From Chloroflexota bacterium (GTDB lineage Bacteria; Chloroflexota; Dehalococcoidia; GIF9; AB-539-J10): a DNA stretch of 62,933 nucleotides. Of this stretch, positions 1 to 8,545 are shown piece by piece. The translations under genes and the position numbers were made by a program. The stretch lies in assembly GCA_030611015.1 (NCBI GenBank), contig JAUWQP010000001.1, positions 1 through 62,933 on the forward strand, given 5' to 3'. Position 1 is the first letter of the stretch. Every line of letters starts with the position of its first letter. The notes under the pieces are model-generated. The model saw only the letters and a list, made by a program, of their open reading frames with translations. It was not told where the DNA came from and did not search any database.

Positions 1-1055
1 CTCCCAGTCCCACCCAACAACTTTCCAACGACCACATCCTCCTGCGCCGCTTCGCTGAGGAAACAGGCTGTCGCATCTATGAGGTCGGCGACGGCATCTG
101 CCACCAGTTGGTAGCGGAGCAATTTGCTAACCCGGGAGACGTTATCCTTGGCTCAGACTCTCATACTGTTACTGCTGGTGCTTTGGGAGCTTTTGCCACC
201 GGCATGGGTTCCAGCGATGTTGCCGTAGCCTTAGCTCTGGGTAAAACCTGGTTTCGGGTGCCGGAAAGTTTTCTCATTGAGCTCAATGGCGTCTTCCCTC
301 GGGGAGTTTATGCCAAGGACTTAATTCTGTATCTCATTGGCCAGATTGGCGCTGATGGTGCTAATTACAAGGCTTTGGAATTTGGTGGTGATGCCCTGGC
401 CCAGATGACTATGCCGGAGCGTCTCACTATCGCCAATATGGCTGTGGAAGCCGGAGCCAAGGTGGGACTGTTTCCCTGCGATAAAACCACCCGGGACTTC
501 CTCACAGAGCATGGCCGGGGCGACAATTACCAGCCGCTATATCCCGATGCTGAGGCAAATTACGAGCAGGTCATACCTGTGAATCTCGACCAGCTTGAGC
601 CAATGCTCTCGCTTCCCCACGCTGTGGATAACGTCCGTTCAGTGGCTCGAGTAAAAGGGGTCAAAATCCAGCAGGCATTTATTGGCACTTGTACCAATGG
701 ACGTCTAGAGGATTTAGCTGTGGTTGCAGAGATTCTTAAAGGCAAGAAGAGGCATCCCGCTACCAGATTGCTCATAGCGCCGGCTTCGAGGCAGGTGCTC
801 ATTCGAGCTATGAAGGAAGGCTATATCCAGAGCTTAGTTAAAGCTGGAGCCACTATTTTACCGCCGGGTTGCGCTGCTTGCCTCGGTCTTCACCAGGGGG
901 TATTGGGAGATAGCGAGGTTTGCATTTCCACCGCCAATCGTAATTTTAAGGGAAGGATGGGCAACCCAGAGGCTATGATATACTTGGCTAGTCCGGCAAC
1001 AGCCGCCGCCTCAGCCATAAGGGGCGAGATCACTGACCCCAGGGAAGTTACGTGA
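1..1055 (+). CDS. leuC: Aconitase-family dehydratase large subunit (3-isopropylmalate dehydratase type), C-terminal part; 5-prime end lies outside the window
   Basis: The frame stays open back to nt 3 (..GDGICHQLVAEQ..). Aconitase-family motifs GICHQ, GSDSHT, GTCTNGR and PGCAACLG are present. Stop TGA (1053-1055) overlaps the GTG/ATG start of the small subunit. Confidence 0.8.
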   Translation, partial: PSPTQQLSNDHILLRRFAEETGCRIYEVGDGICHQLVAEQFANPGDVILGSDSHTVTAGALGAFATGMGSSDVAVALALGKTWFRVPESFLIELNGVFPRGVYAKDLILYLIGQIGADGANYKALEFGGDALAQMTMPERLTIANMAVEAGAKVGLFPCDKTTRDFLTEHGRGDNYQPLYPDAEANYEQVIPVNLDQLEPMLSLPHAVDNVRSVARVKGVKIQQAFIGTCTNGRLEDLAVVAEILKGKKRHPATRLLIAPASRQVLIRAMKEGYIQSLVKAGATILPPGCAACLGLHQGVLGDSEVCISTANRNFKGRMGNPEAMIYLASPATAAASAIRGEITDPREVT

Positions 1056-1591
1056 TGCCCGATTTGGTGCTTAAAGGTAAAGTCATTAAACTGGGGGATA
1101 ATATCTCCACAGACGATATCATTCCCGGCAGATTTGCTCATTTAAGGAGCAATTTGCCTGAACTCGCCAAACATGTCCTGGAGGATACTGCGCCTGAATT
1201 TGCCTCAAGGGCCAGGACTCTATCAGTAGGTGAAGGCAAAGCAGTCTTAGTGGCAGGCAAAAATCTCGGTCTGGGTTCCAGTCGGGAACATGCCCCGGTA
1301 GTAATCAAAATGTCGGGGGTAGGCGCTATTTTAGCCGAATCGGCAGCCCGCATCTTTTTCCGCAACGCCATAAACCAGGGTTTACCTGTCCTTCTTTGCG
1401 ACACCGATAAAATCGGCGACGGCGATGAGCTGGAGATAAATTTGACAGGTGGTATGATTGCTAATTTGACTTCTGGTATTACATTGAGCTGTAGCAAGAT
1501 GCCGCCGATAATGTCCGCCATCCTTAAAGAGGGCGGGCTTATCCCGTACATACAGAAGCATAAGGACTTTGTCATCACTCGTTCCTCTTAA
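1052..1591 (+). CDS. leuD: Aconitase-family dehydratase small subunit (LeuD type)
   Basis: 179 aa with swivel-domain motifs GDNISTDDIIPG and GKNLGLGSSREHAP. Translationally coupled to the large subunit. Confidence 0.8.
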   Translation: MMPDLVLKGKVIKLGDNISTDDIIPGRFAHLRSNLPELAKHVLEDTAPEFASRARTLSVGEGKAVLVAGKNLGLGSSREHAPVVIKMSGVGAILAESAARIFFRNAINQGLPVLLCDTDKIGDGDELEINLTGGMIANLTSGITLSCSKMPPIMSAILKEGGLIPYIQKHKDFVITRSS

Positions 1592-1598
1592 TTGTCTC

Positions 1599-1627
1599 TT
1601 GACAATTGATACTATATGTGGTATCAT
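1599..1627 (+). promoter_or_regulatory. Sigma-70-type promoter with overlapping inverted-repeat operator upstream of hicA
   Basis: TTGACA (1599-1604), 17-nt spacer, TATCAT (1622-1627). A perfect 6-bp inverted repeat TGATAC/GTATCA (1607-1612 and 1621-1626) overlaps the spacer and -10. Confidence 0.5.
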
Positions 1628-1640
1628 AACCGTGGAATGA

Positions 1641-1904
1641 ATGAATCAACTTGATAAGCTAGTAGAGAAATTCCTAAGAAGACCACCTGAGGTCTTATTT
1701 GATGATGTGGCTAAGGTCTTGGAAGCATTTGGTTATGAGGAGCGCCCGTCGGGAGGAGGCAGTCATCGATTCTTTGCAAAGCCGGGTCATCGAGGCAAAA
1801 CTGTTCCGACAGTAAAAGGGCGGTATGTGAAAAGACGTTATGTGAGCATGATTATAGATAACTTAGAATTGGAGGAATGGCATGAGAAACGACACGGAGC
1901 GTAA
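1641..1904 (+). CDS. hicA: HicA-like toxin (mRNA interferase family)
   Basis: 87 aa with the core GGGSHRFFAKPGH..TVPTVKG.. typical of the HicA/YcfA family. Overlaps the downstream antitoxin gene by 23 nt. Confidence 0.65.
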   Translation: MNQLDKLVEKFLRRPPEVLFDDVAKVLEAFGYEERPSGGGSHRFFAKPGHRGKTVPTVKGRYVKRRYVSMIIDNLELEEWHEKRHGA

Positions 1905-2292
1905 AGATTTAAAATTCTACTTAAACCTGCATTACCCAATTACTATACATTCTGACCCCGATGGCGGTTATGTAGCTGAGATTGAGGAATTACCTGGATG
2001 CATGACCCAAGCTGAGACCATTGACGAGGCTTTTAAAGCTATTGAGGATGCCCGGCAGGTATGGATCAATGGAACTTACGAAATGGGTCAGGATATTCCC
2101 CTGCCTAGAGATATGGAAGAGTATAGTGGGAAGTTCATGGTGCGGATTCCACGAAGTCTTCATCGCAATTTGATTCGTGCTGCTAAACGCGAAGGGGTAA
2201 GCCTAAATCAATATGTTACCAGCTTATTGGCAGCAGGGGTTCAGGGAGCCGTTGTAAAAGAGAAAATGCCTGCTACTCTCTCTAAAGGTTAG
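1882..2292 (+). CDS. hicB: HicB-family antitoxin with C-terminal ribbon-helix-helix-like tail
   Basis: 136 aa with the HicB fold motif DPDGGYVAEIEELPGCMTQAETIDEA. The C-terminal RIPRSLHRNLIRAAKREGVSLNQYV resembles an Arc/RHH DNA-binding segment. Confidence 0.75.
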   Translation: MRNDTERKDLKFYLNLHYPITIHSDPDGGYVAEIEELPGCMTQAETIDEAFKAIEDARQVWINGTYEMGQDIPLPRDMEEYSGKFMVRIPRSLHRNLIRAAKREGVSLNQYVTSLLAAGVQGAVVKEKMPATLSKG

Positions 2293-2356
2293 CCTCTTGC
2301 GGCCGCTTGGGTTTTGAATTCAAGACTAATTAGGTAAAGTTGACTGTAAGCTGATA

Positions 2357-5300
2357 ATGAGTGATAGCTTGAAAGCCTTCAATACTTACATTCTCACTAT
2401 CGAGAAAGAATTAGCTTTGGGCAATGCCACTGAGCATACCCACCGTCCAGCACTCAAAGCGCTGCTCGAATCATTGACTGAAGGTATAGTGGCTACCAAC
2501 GAGCCTCGGCGTATAGAGTGTGGTGCTCCCGACTTCGTCATCACCAGAGGCTTGGCACCTAGAGGCTATGTTGAAGCCAAAGATGTGGGTAAAAGCCTGG
2601 ATGAGGCGGAGCATTCCGAACAACTCCAGCGTTATCGTGATTCACTAACCAACCTTGTCCTGACCGATTATCTTGAGTTTCGCTGGTATGTAGATGGTGA
2701 ACGACGTCTCTCTGCCCGTCTGGGCACGCCAACCAGGGATGGCAGGGTAAGGCGTGACAGGGCGGGAGTAGAAGCTGTTACCTGGCTCTTTGATGATTTC
2801 CTCTCACACCGTGCTGCGCCTGTAGGCACACCCAGGGAGTTAGCCCAACGCATGGCTCGCCTGGCTCATATGATTCGTGACCTTATAATCGCTGCTTTTG
2901 AGAAAGAGCCTGAAAGTGGTTCACTCCACGCTCAATTCGTAGCGTTTAGGGACAATCTTATACCTGACCTTTCTATTGAGCAATTTGCTGATATGTATGC
3001 CCAAACCATCGCCTATGGGCTCTTTGCTGCCCGCTGTAACCAATCTACGGGGACAGGCTTCACTCGTCAGAATGCTGCTTACCTTTTGCCCAAGACCAAC
3101 CCATTTCTGAGAAAGCTCTTTAACCATATCGCCGGTCCCGATTTGGATGACCGCATTGCCTGGCTAGTGGACGACCTGGCACAGCTACTTGCCCAGGCTG
3201 ATATGGAGGCAGTCCTTAAAGACTTTGGTAAACGCACTGCCAAAGAAGACCCTGTAGTGCATTTCTACGAAACTTTCCTTGCTGCCTATGACCCTAAGGT
3301 GCGGGAGATGCGTGGCGTTTACTATACTCCAGAGCCGGTAGTTTCCTATATCGTGCGTTCCATTGACCACTTGCTCAAGACACATTTTGGCAAGCCTCAA
3401 GGGTTGGCAGACCCCAGCGTTCTTATCCTGGACCCGGCAGTAGGCACTGCTACTTTTCTTTATATGGTGATAAATGAAATTCACGATGCCTTGCTGAGTC
3501 AAGGGCAGGCAGGACTCTGGAATGACTATGTGGCTGAAAAGCTCTTGCCCCGTATATTTGGCTTTGAACTTCTTATGGCTCCTTATGCTATGGCTCACTT
3601 AAAGCTAGGACTTTTGCTTAAAGAAACAGGCTATCAATTTGAAAAAAAAGAGCGACTGGGAATTTATCTTACCAACACTCTGGAAGAGGCTTTTAAACAC
3701 TCAGAGGCACTGTTTGCTAACTGGATAACTGAGGAAGCCAACTCCGCCGCTGAAATCAAGAAGGGCAAGCCCATAATGGTGGTGCTGGGAAATCCACCAT
3801 ATTCGGTGAGTTCTCTTAATCGTGGGGAGTGGATTGATACGCTCCTAGAGGATTACAAAAAGGGGCTGCACGAGAAGAAGCTAAACATAGATGACGATTA
3901 TATCAAGTTCATCCGATTCGCTCAGTGGAGGATTGAGCAGACCGGCTATGGAATATTAGGCTTTATCACCAATAACAGCTACCTCGACGGACTTACACAT
4001 CGTCGAATGCGTGAGACTCTGCTTGAAGGGTTTTCCACTATTTACATCCTTAATCTTCATGGTAGTTCACGGAGGGGAGAAAAAGCTCCCGAGAATATCA
4101 AGGACGAAAATGTTTTCGATATACAGCAAGGCGTGGCAGTGGGCATCTTTGTCAAGGAGTCTGCTAAATCTGGACCGGCAAGTGTCCGGTATGCCGACAT
4201 GTGGGGAATACGAGAAAAGAAATATCAGGCGCTCTTTGAGTCAGATGTTGATATGACCGGCTGGCAAGAATTGACGCCAACTGCTCCCTATTTTTTCTTC
4301 GTACCAAAGGATTTCGCTAGGATGGAAGAATATCAGGCTGGAAATAGCATCCGCCAAGTTTTTGCAGTGAGTGGAACAGGAATCAAGACAGAGCGAGACT
4401 CTATTACAATTCACTTCACGGAAGCAAGCTTGAGGGCAGTGCTTGATGATTTTACGAAGCTTGAAGAGTCGGAACTGCGGCGGAAATATCACCTTGAGAA
4501 AGACAGCAGAGATTGGAAAGTATCCAATGCTAAAAGAGATATCATTTCTAGCAGGACTGAGAGGCAATTTATCAGGGTAGTTCACTATAGACCCTTTGAT
4601 ATGCGCCTAACATACTATACAGGAACCACTCGAGGGTTTATAGGTACCCCAGGTCGACTGATGGCTGATTGCTTCCTTCAGCCCAATATTGGGCTTATAG
4701 CAAAAAGGCAAAACAAAAGAGAGCCGTTTTCTTATATTTTTACAACAAAGATTGCCCCTGAGAGCTGCCTATTTGAGAGTGCATATGCTAATAACGTTGT
4801 TTTCCCTCTTTACCTTTACCCTAATAAGCAAGAGATTGCCAGTGGCCTCTATCAGCCAGGGGAGCGCCACCCAAATCTGAACCCTGAGTTTATTAAAGCT
4901 TTCTCAGAAAAATTAGGACTGAAATTTATTAAAGATGGCAAAGGGAATCTCGAAGAAACCTTCGGTCCGGAAGACATCTTCAACTATGCCTATGCTGTTT
5001 TTCATTCACCTACCTACCGCAGCCGCTATGCTGAGTTCTTAAAGATAGATTTTCCTAGATTGCCGCTCACCTCGGGTAAAGAGCTTTTCAAGGCACTGGT
5101 AGCTAAAGGCGGAGAGCTTGTATCACTTCATCTTATGGAGTCTCCCAAGCTCAATAGCCTCATCACCAAATATCCCATTGTTGGTCCGAATCAGGTGGAG
5201 ACAGTTAGGTATGACGAAGCTAACCAGCGAGTCTATATCAACAAGAGCCAGTATTTCGAAGGTGTCCCTCCGGAGGTGTGGAATTTCCACATCGGCGGCT

Positions 5301-5455
5301 ATCAGGTCTGCCAGAAATGGCTCAAGGATAGAAAAAGCAGAATCTTAAGCTATGATGAGTTGACCCATTACCAGAAGGTCGTCGTCGCCCTCAAAGAAAC
5401 CATGCGGCTTATGGCAGAGATAGACACCCTGATTCCATGCTGGCCGGTGGACTGA
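2357..5455 (+). CDS. Type IIG/IIL-like single-polypeptide restriction-modification enzyme (N-terminal PD-ExK nuclease + gamma-class N6-adenine methyltransferase + Type ISP-like C-terminal target-recognition region)
   Basis: 1032 aa. Nuclease motif D59-x13-E73-x-K75 (APDF...YVEAKD). SAM motif DPAVGTATFL. Catalytic NPPY at nt 3791-3802 (residues 479-482). The C-terminal FNYAYAVFHSPTYRSRY and HIGGYQVCQKWLKDRK are typical of the Type ISP/IIG C-terminal domain. I saw no helicase motifs. Confidence 0.75.
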   Translation: MSDSLKAFNTYILTIEKELALGNATEHTHRPALKALLESLTEGIVATNEPRRIECGAPDFVITRGLAPRGYVEAKDVGKSLDEAEHSEQLQRYRDSLTNLVLTDYLEFRWYVDGERRLSARLGTPTRDGRVRRDRAGVEAVTWLFDDFLSHRAAPVGTPRELAQRMARLAHMIRDLIIAAFEKEPESGSLHAQFVAFRDNLIPDLSIEQFADMYAQTIAYGLFAARCNQSTGTGFTRQNAAYLLPKTNPFLRKLFNHIAGPDLDDRIAWLVDDLAQLLAQADMEAVLKDFGKRTAKEDPVVHFYETFLAAYDPKVREMRGVYYTPEPVVSYIVRSIDHLLKTHFGKPQGLADPSVLILDPAVGTATFLYMVINEIHDALLSQGQAGLWNDYVAEKLLPRIFGFELLMAPYAMAHLKLGLLLKETGYQFEKKERLGIYLTNTLEEAFKHSEALFANWITEEANSAAEIKKGKPIMVVLGNPPYSVSSLNRGEWIDTLLEDYKKGLHEKKLNIDDDYIKFIRFAQWRIEQTGYGILGFITNNSYLDGLTHRRMRETLLEGFSTIYILNLHGSSRRGEKAPENIKDENVFDIQQGVAVGIFVKESAKSGPASVRYADMWGIREKKYQALFESDVDMTGWQELTPTAPYFFFVPKDFARMEEYQAGNSIRQVFAVSGTGIKTERDSITIHFTEASLRAVLDDFTKLEESELRRKYHLEKDSRDWKVSNAKRDIISSRTERQFIRVVHYRPFDMRLTYYTGTTRGFIGTPGRLMADCFLQPNIGLIAKRQNKREPFSYIFTTKIAPESCLFESAYANNVVFPLYLYPNKQEIASGLYQPGERHPNLNPEFIKAFSEKLGLKFIKDGKGNLEETFGPEDIFNYAYAVFHSPTYRSRYAEFLKIDFPRLPLTSGKELFKALVAKGGELVSLHLMESPKLNSLITKYPIVGPNQVETVRYDEANQRVYINKSQYFEGVPPEVWNFHIGGYQVCQKWLKDRKSRILSYDELTHYQKVVVALKETMRLMAEIDTLIPCWPVD

Positions 5456-5464
5456 GGAATAAAT

Positions 5465-6916
5465 TTGGCTGATAAAGAATATGGCAAGGTTATAGGAACA
5501 TATCGTGGTAAGGGAAAACTCAAGCTTACTAATGGTAATGAGCTTCCCTGCCACATAACTATCCAGCAAATAGAGACAGGGTTAATTTATATCACCTGTA
5601 GGTTTGCACCAAAGGTAGCGCAAGCTACTTCTACTATCCAATTCATCATGAATTCCTCTCTTCAAGATGTAGCGTGTGTCTATGGTAAGACAAGGGATGG
5701 AATGAACTTTGAGAGCCGACGGAAGCTTCTTATTACACATGCAAAGGTTACCGTGTTTGCTTCTCCAAATAAGCCAGCCATAATGACACTAGTAGCTCAA
5801 GAAGTAGATTTTTGGAAGGAAAACCAATGTCATGTGGAGCAGTATAGGTTCGGTGTGGTGAACTTTGAGTTCATAGGAAATCACCCGGTGAAAACAATTA
5901 TTCAAGATGGCATCAAGCAAGTGGAAAGTTACCACCTAGAGCTAGAACTTAGCACTTCCTGGGGGATAGCCATAGTAAATCCCGTGCCTGATTATAAGGA
6001 TGTGATTGATAGAATAAAGGCACAAAAAAGCATTTCGGTTACATGTGAACTTTTTGCAAGACCATCGGAAGTTACGGAACTACATGAGGTTGCTTCCAAA
6101 GTGGATGAATTATGCCGCCTTCTATCATTAGCTCGGGGCACTAAGATAACTTGGATCAGTGCTGAGGAATGTATGGAAGATGGGAAAGCCCATAGAATCA
6201 TCCTCAGAAATTCTGTCACTTGGCCATTTTCATCCCCTGCCTTGATAGACCCACGGAACCCTCAGGATACAGCCATCTTCATTGAAAAGGTTTACCCAAC
6301 ATATCTTAAACTTCGTGATAGCTACAATCTCAATATCGCTATTGAGCAGTATCTAGACGCTAAACGAGCTACAATGTATCTTGAAACGAGAGCGCTAGCA
6401 GCCGTGTCACTCCTTGACTTCCTTCAAGGACGCTATGCCTCCCAGCGTGGCTTAAGTAAGATTGTCAAGCTCTCTAATAAAGAACAGGAGCAAATCCGGC
6501 TCTGTCTTAAGGGTATCATAGAATCACTCCGCCCGAATATCAACGATGACAAATTTAAAGAAGTGCTAGGCGAGAATACGCTCCAAGAAATGATGGAAAA
6601 GACATCAGAACTGAATCGAAGGTCCTACTTGAACGTGCTGAAACTATGGGTTCATAATTTGAAGCTTGATATATCAGAAGATGAGTTATCAGAAGTGAAG
6701 CGCACTCGCAATGCCCTTGTTCACAATGCCAAATTTAGATCAACTAGTTCTGAAGGCAAAACACGCGAATATTTTCGAATCATTCGGCTTATTGAACAAA
6801 TTTTTCTCAAGTTGCTTGGTTACGATGGCTACTTTATCGATATTAATTTAGACACGCTACAGTTCGATCGTCATATGCTCAATTACACTGGGTCTATCGA
6901 GCAACAGGACGACTGA
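5465..6916 (+). CDS. Uncharacterised 483-aa protein with C-terminal HEPN-like R-x4-H motif (candidate abortive-infection RNase)
   Basis: TTG start lies 9 nt after the R-M stop, with GAGGA upstream. RTRNALVH spans nt 6701-6724, giving R415-N-x3-H420 in a predicted helical C-terminal third. I do not recognise the N-terminal ~200 aa. Confidence 0.45.
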   Translation: MADKEYGKVIGTYRGKGKLKLTNGNELPCHITIQQIETGLIYITCRFAPKVAQATSTIQFIMNSSLQDVACVYGKTRDGMNFESRRKLLITHAKVTVFASPNKPAIMTLVAQEVDFWKENQCHVEQYRFGVVNFEFIGNHPVKTIIQDGIKQVESYHLELELSTSWGIAIVNPVPDYKDVIDRIKAQKSISVTCELFARPSEVTELHEVASKVDELCRLLSLARGTKITWISAEECMEDGKAHRIILRNSVTWPFSSPALIDPRNPQDTAIFIEKVYPTYLKLRDSYNLNIAIEQYLDAKRATMYLETRALAAVSLLDFLQGRYASQRGLSKIVKLSNKEQEQIRLCLKGIIESLRPNINDDKFKEVLGENTLQEMMEKTSELNRRSYLNVLKLWVHNLKLDISEDELSEVKRTRNALVHNAKFRSTSSEGKTREYFRIIRLIEQIFLKLLGYDGYFIDINLDTLQFDRHMLNYTGSIEQQDD

Positions 6917-6944
6917 CGAAACTAATTGCATCAGGAGGCAAGCC

Positions 6945-7310
6945 ATGAAGGTAAAATGTCCTAACTGCGGATTTGATGACGAAGGGAATTTCTGCAGCCG
7001 GTGTGGAGCGCCCTTGCCCAAACCTTCCATTGCAAAAGAGGAAGCTTTGGTTCCTAAAGCTCCCTGGACTGCAAAATGCCCGGTGTGCAAATCAGGTCAT
7101 CTTGAAGAGGTGACGCATAAGAGCCTCTTCGGCCTCAAGACTACCGAGAACCTTAAATGCTCTAACTGCCGAGAGGTTTTCAGCCCGGATGGCAGCAAGA
7201 AAATTCCTTCCAACCCTGAGAATGAAGAAGAAGTCAAAGCCACTATCCCTTTAATGGAATTTGTAGCAAAATTCCTTCTGCGACATGAGGACAATTCACT
7301 CTTAAATTAA
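6945..7310 (+). CDS. Double zinc-ribbon protein, function unknown
   Basis: 121 aa. AGGAGG lies 5-10 nt upstream of the ATG. It has two CxxC...CxxC units (CPNCG..CSRCG and CPVCK..CSNC). Confidence 0.55.
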   Translation: MKVKCPNCGFDDEGNFCSRCGAPLPKPSIAKEEALVPKAPWTAKCPVCKSGHLEEVTHKSLFGLKTTENLKCSNCREVFSPDGSKKIPSNPENEEEVKATIPLMEFVAKFLLRHEDNSLLN

Positions 7311-7363
7311 GACCTCGCCATGAGGAATCAAATAGTTTAAAATAGACTCGGAGCAAAAACTAT

Positions 7364-8437
7364 ATGCATAGAATAACTTTTATTCCTGGCGATGGCATAG
7401 GGCCTGAAGTGGCTGAGGCGACACGGCGGGTGCTGGAAGCTACGGGGGTCGAGTTCCAGTGGGACACTGTTATCATAGGTAGTCAGGCTCAAGATAAGTT
7501 CGGCACACCTCTCCCTGCCCAGGCTCTCCAGTCCATAAGGAAAAACAAAGTCGCCCTTAAGGGACCGGTGACCACACCCATAGGCACTGGCTTCAGGAGC
7601 GTCAATGTCGCTTTGAGGAAGATCTTAGACCTTTATGCCTGTCTTCGTCCCTGCAAGATTTACCCCGGTATAAACACGCCGTTCAGAGACTTGGACATAG
7701 TAGTGATCAGGGAAAATACCGAAGACCTCTATGCCGGTATCGAATTTGCCAGAGGTGATTCAGAGACAAAGCAGTTGCTGGATCTCGTGCATGATGTTAC
7801 TAGAGAAGAGATAAGAAAGGATTCCGCTGTGAGCTTGAAGGTTATATCCCAAACAGCGAGTCGGCGGATTGTCAAATTTGCTTTTGAATATGCCAGACAG
7901 AACGGCAGGAAAAAGGTTACTGCGGTTCACAAGGCTAACATACTCAAATTCTCCGATGGACTTTTCCTGGATACTGCCCGTGAAGTTGCCAAAGAGTACA
8001 ACGACCTAGAATTCAGCGATACGCTGGTGGACGCGACCTGCATGGAGCTGGTCAGGAAGCCTCACATATTTGACGTCCTCGTGCTGCCCAATTTGTACGG
8101 AGACATAATTTCCGACCTCTGTGCCGGGTTGGTCGGTGGCATGGGTGTGGCGCCGGGAGCCAACATCGGAGATGGGGTAGCTATCTTTGAACCTACCCAC
8201 GGCAGTGCCCCCAAATACGCCGGGCAGAATAAAACGAATCCCATGGCCACAATGCTCTCCGGCGCGATGATGCTGCGTCATCTTGGAGAGAAGGATAGCG
8301 CCGATAAGTTGGAAAGTGCTATAGCTGAGGTCATAGCTGAAGGCAGGAATGTCACCTATGATTTGAAGCTCGACCCCGCCACTGCAGTAGGCACCAGCCA
8401 GGTAGCCGACGCCGTAATAGAGATGCTAAAGCGCTAA
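7364..8437 (+). CDS. Isocitrate/3-isopropylmalate dehydrogenase family protein (NAD-IDH/homoisocitrate-DH-like)
   Basis: 357 aa with the motifs GDGIGPEV, GPVTTPIGTGFRSVNVALRK, LRPC, IRENTEDLYAG and NLYGDIISD. Substrate specificity cannot be decided by eye. Confidence 0.8.
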   Translation: MHRITFIPGDGIGPEVAEATRRVLEATGVEFQWDTVIIGSQAQDKFGTPLPAQALQSIRKNKVALKGPVTTPIGTGFRSVNVALRKILDLYACLRPCKIYPGINTPFRDLDIVVIRENTEDLYAGIEFARGDSETKQLLDLVHDVTREEIRKDSAVSLKVISQTASRRIVKFAFEYARQNGRKKVTAVHKANILKFSDGLFLDTAREVAKEYNDLEFSDTLVDATCMELVRKPHIFDVLVLPNLYGDIISDLCAGLVGGMGVAPGANIGDGVAIFEPTHGSAPKYAGQNKTNPMATMLSGAMMLRHLGEKDSADKLESAIAEVIAEGRNVTYDLKLDPATAVGTSQVADAVIEMLKR

Positions 8438-8492
8438 TCCGAACCAGGCGATTGTGGTAAAATTTCGTGTGGCAAGTGCATGATGGGAGGCA
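8384..8492. repeat. Direct repeat copy A (last 17 codons of the dehydrogenase plus about 55 nt downstream)
   Basis: gcagtaggcaccagccaggtagccgac...ggcgattgtggtaaaatttcgtgtggcaag recurs at 9627-9730. Its distal part also recurs at 9573-9606. Confidence 0.8.
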
Positions 8493-8545
8493 CTAACATA
8501 GTGGCGGGTAAATCGGGTTAGGGAAACCTACGTTTCGAATATACC

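Noticed and set aside
3185-3598. Antisense and shadow ORFs inside large genes throughout the window. Examples: 3185-3598(-), 18904-19503(+), 20111-20776(+), 26666-27340(-), 36951-37583(+), 42862-43434(+), 44756-45310(+), 48310-48777(-), 55860-56570(+), 58942-59424(+).
   Set aside because: Each lies entirely within, and opposite or out of frame to, a long ORF with unmistakable family motifs. Their translations are low-complexity or Ser/Pro/Arg-rich, with no recognisable motifs and no ribosome-binding sites.
1611-7359. 8-nt word actatatg present at both edges of the hicAB/Type IIG islet, as a possible target-site duplication.
   Set aside because: It is too short and AT-rich to distinguish from chance. 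The left copy is part of the promoter spacer.
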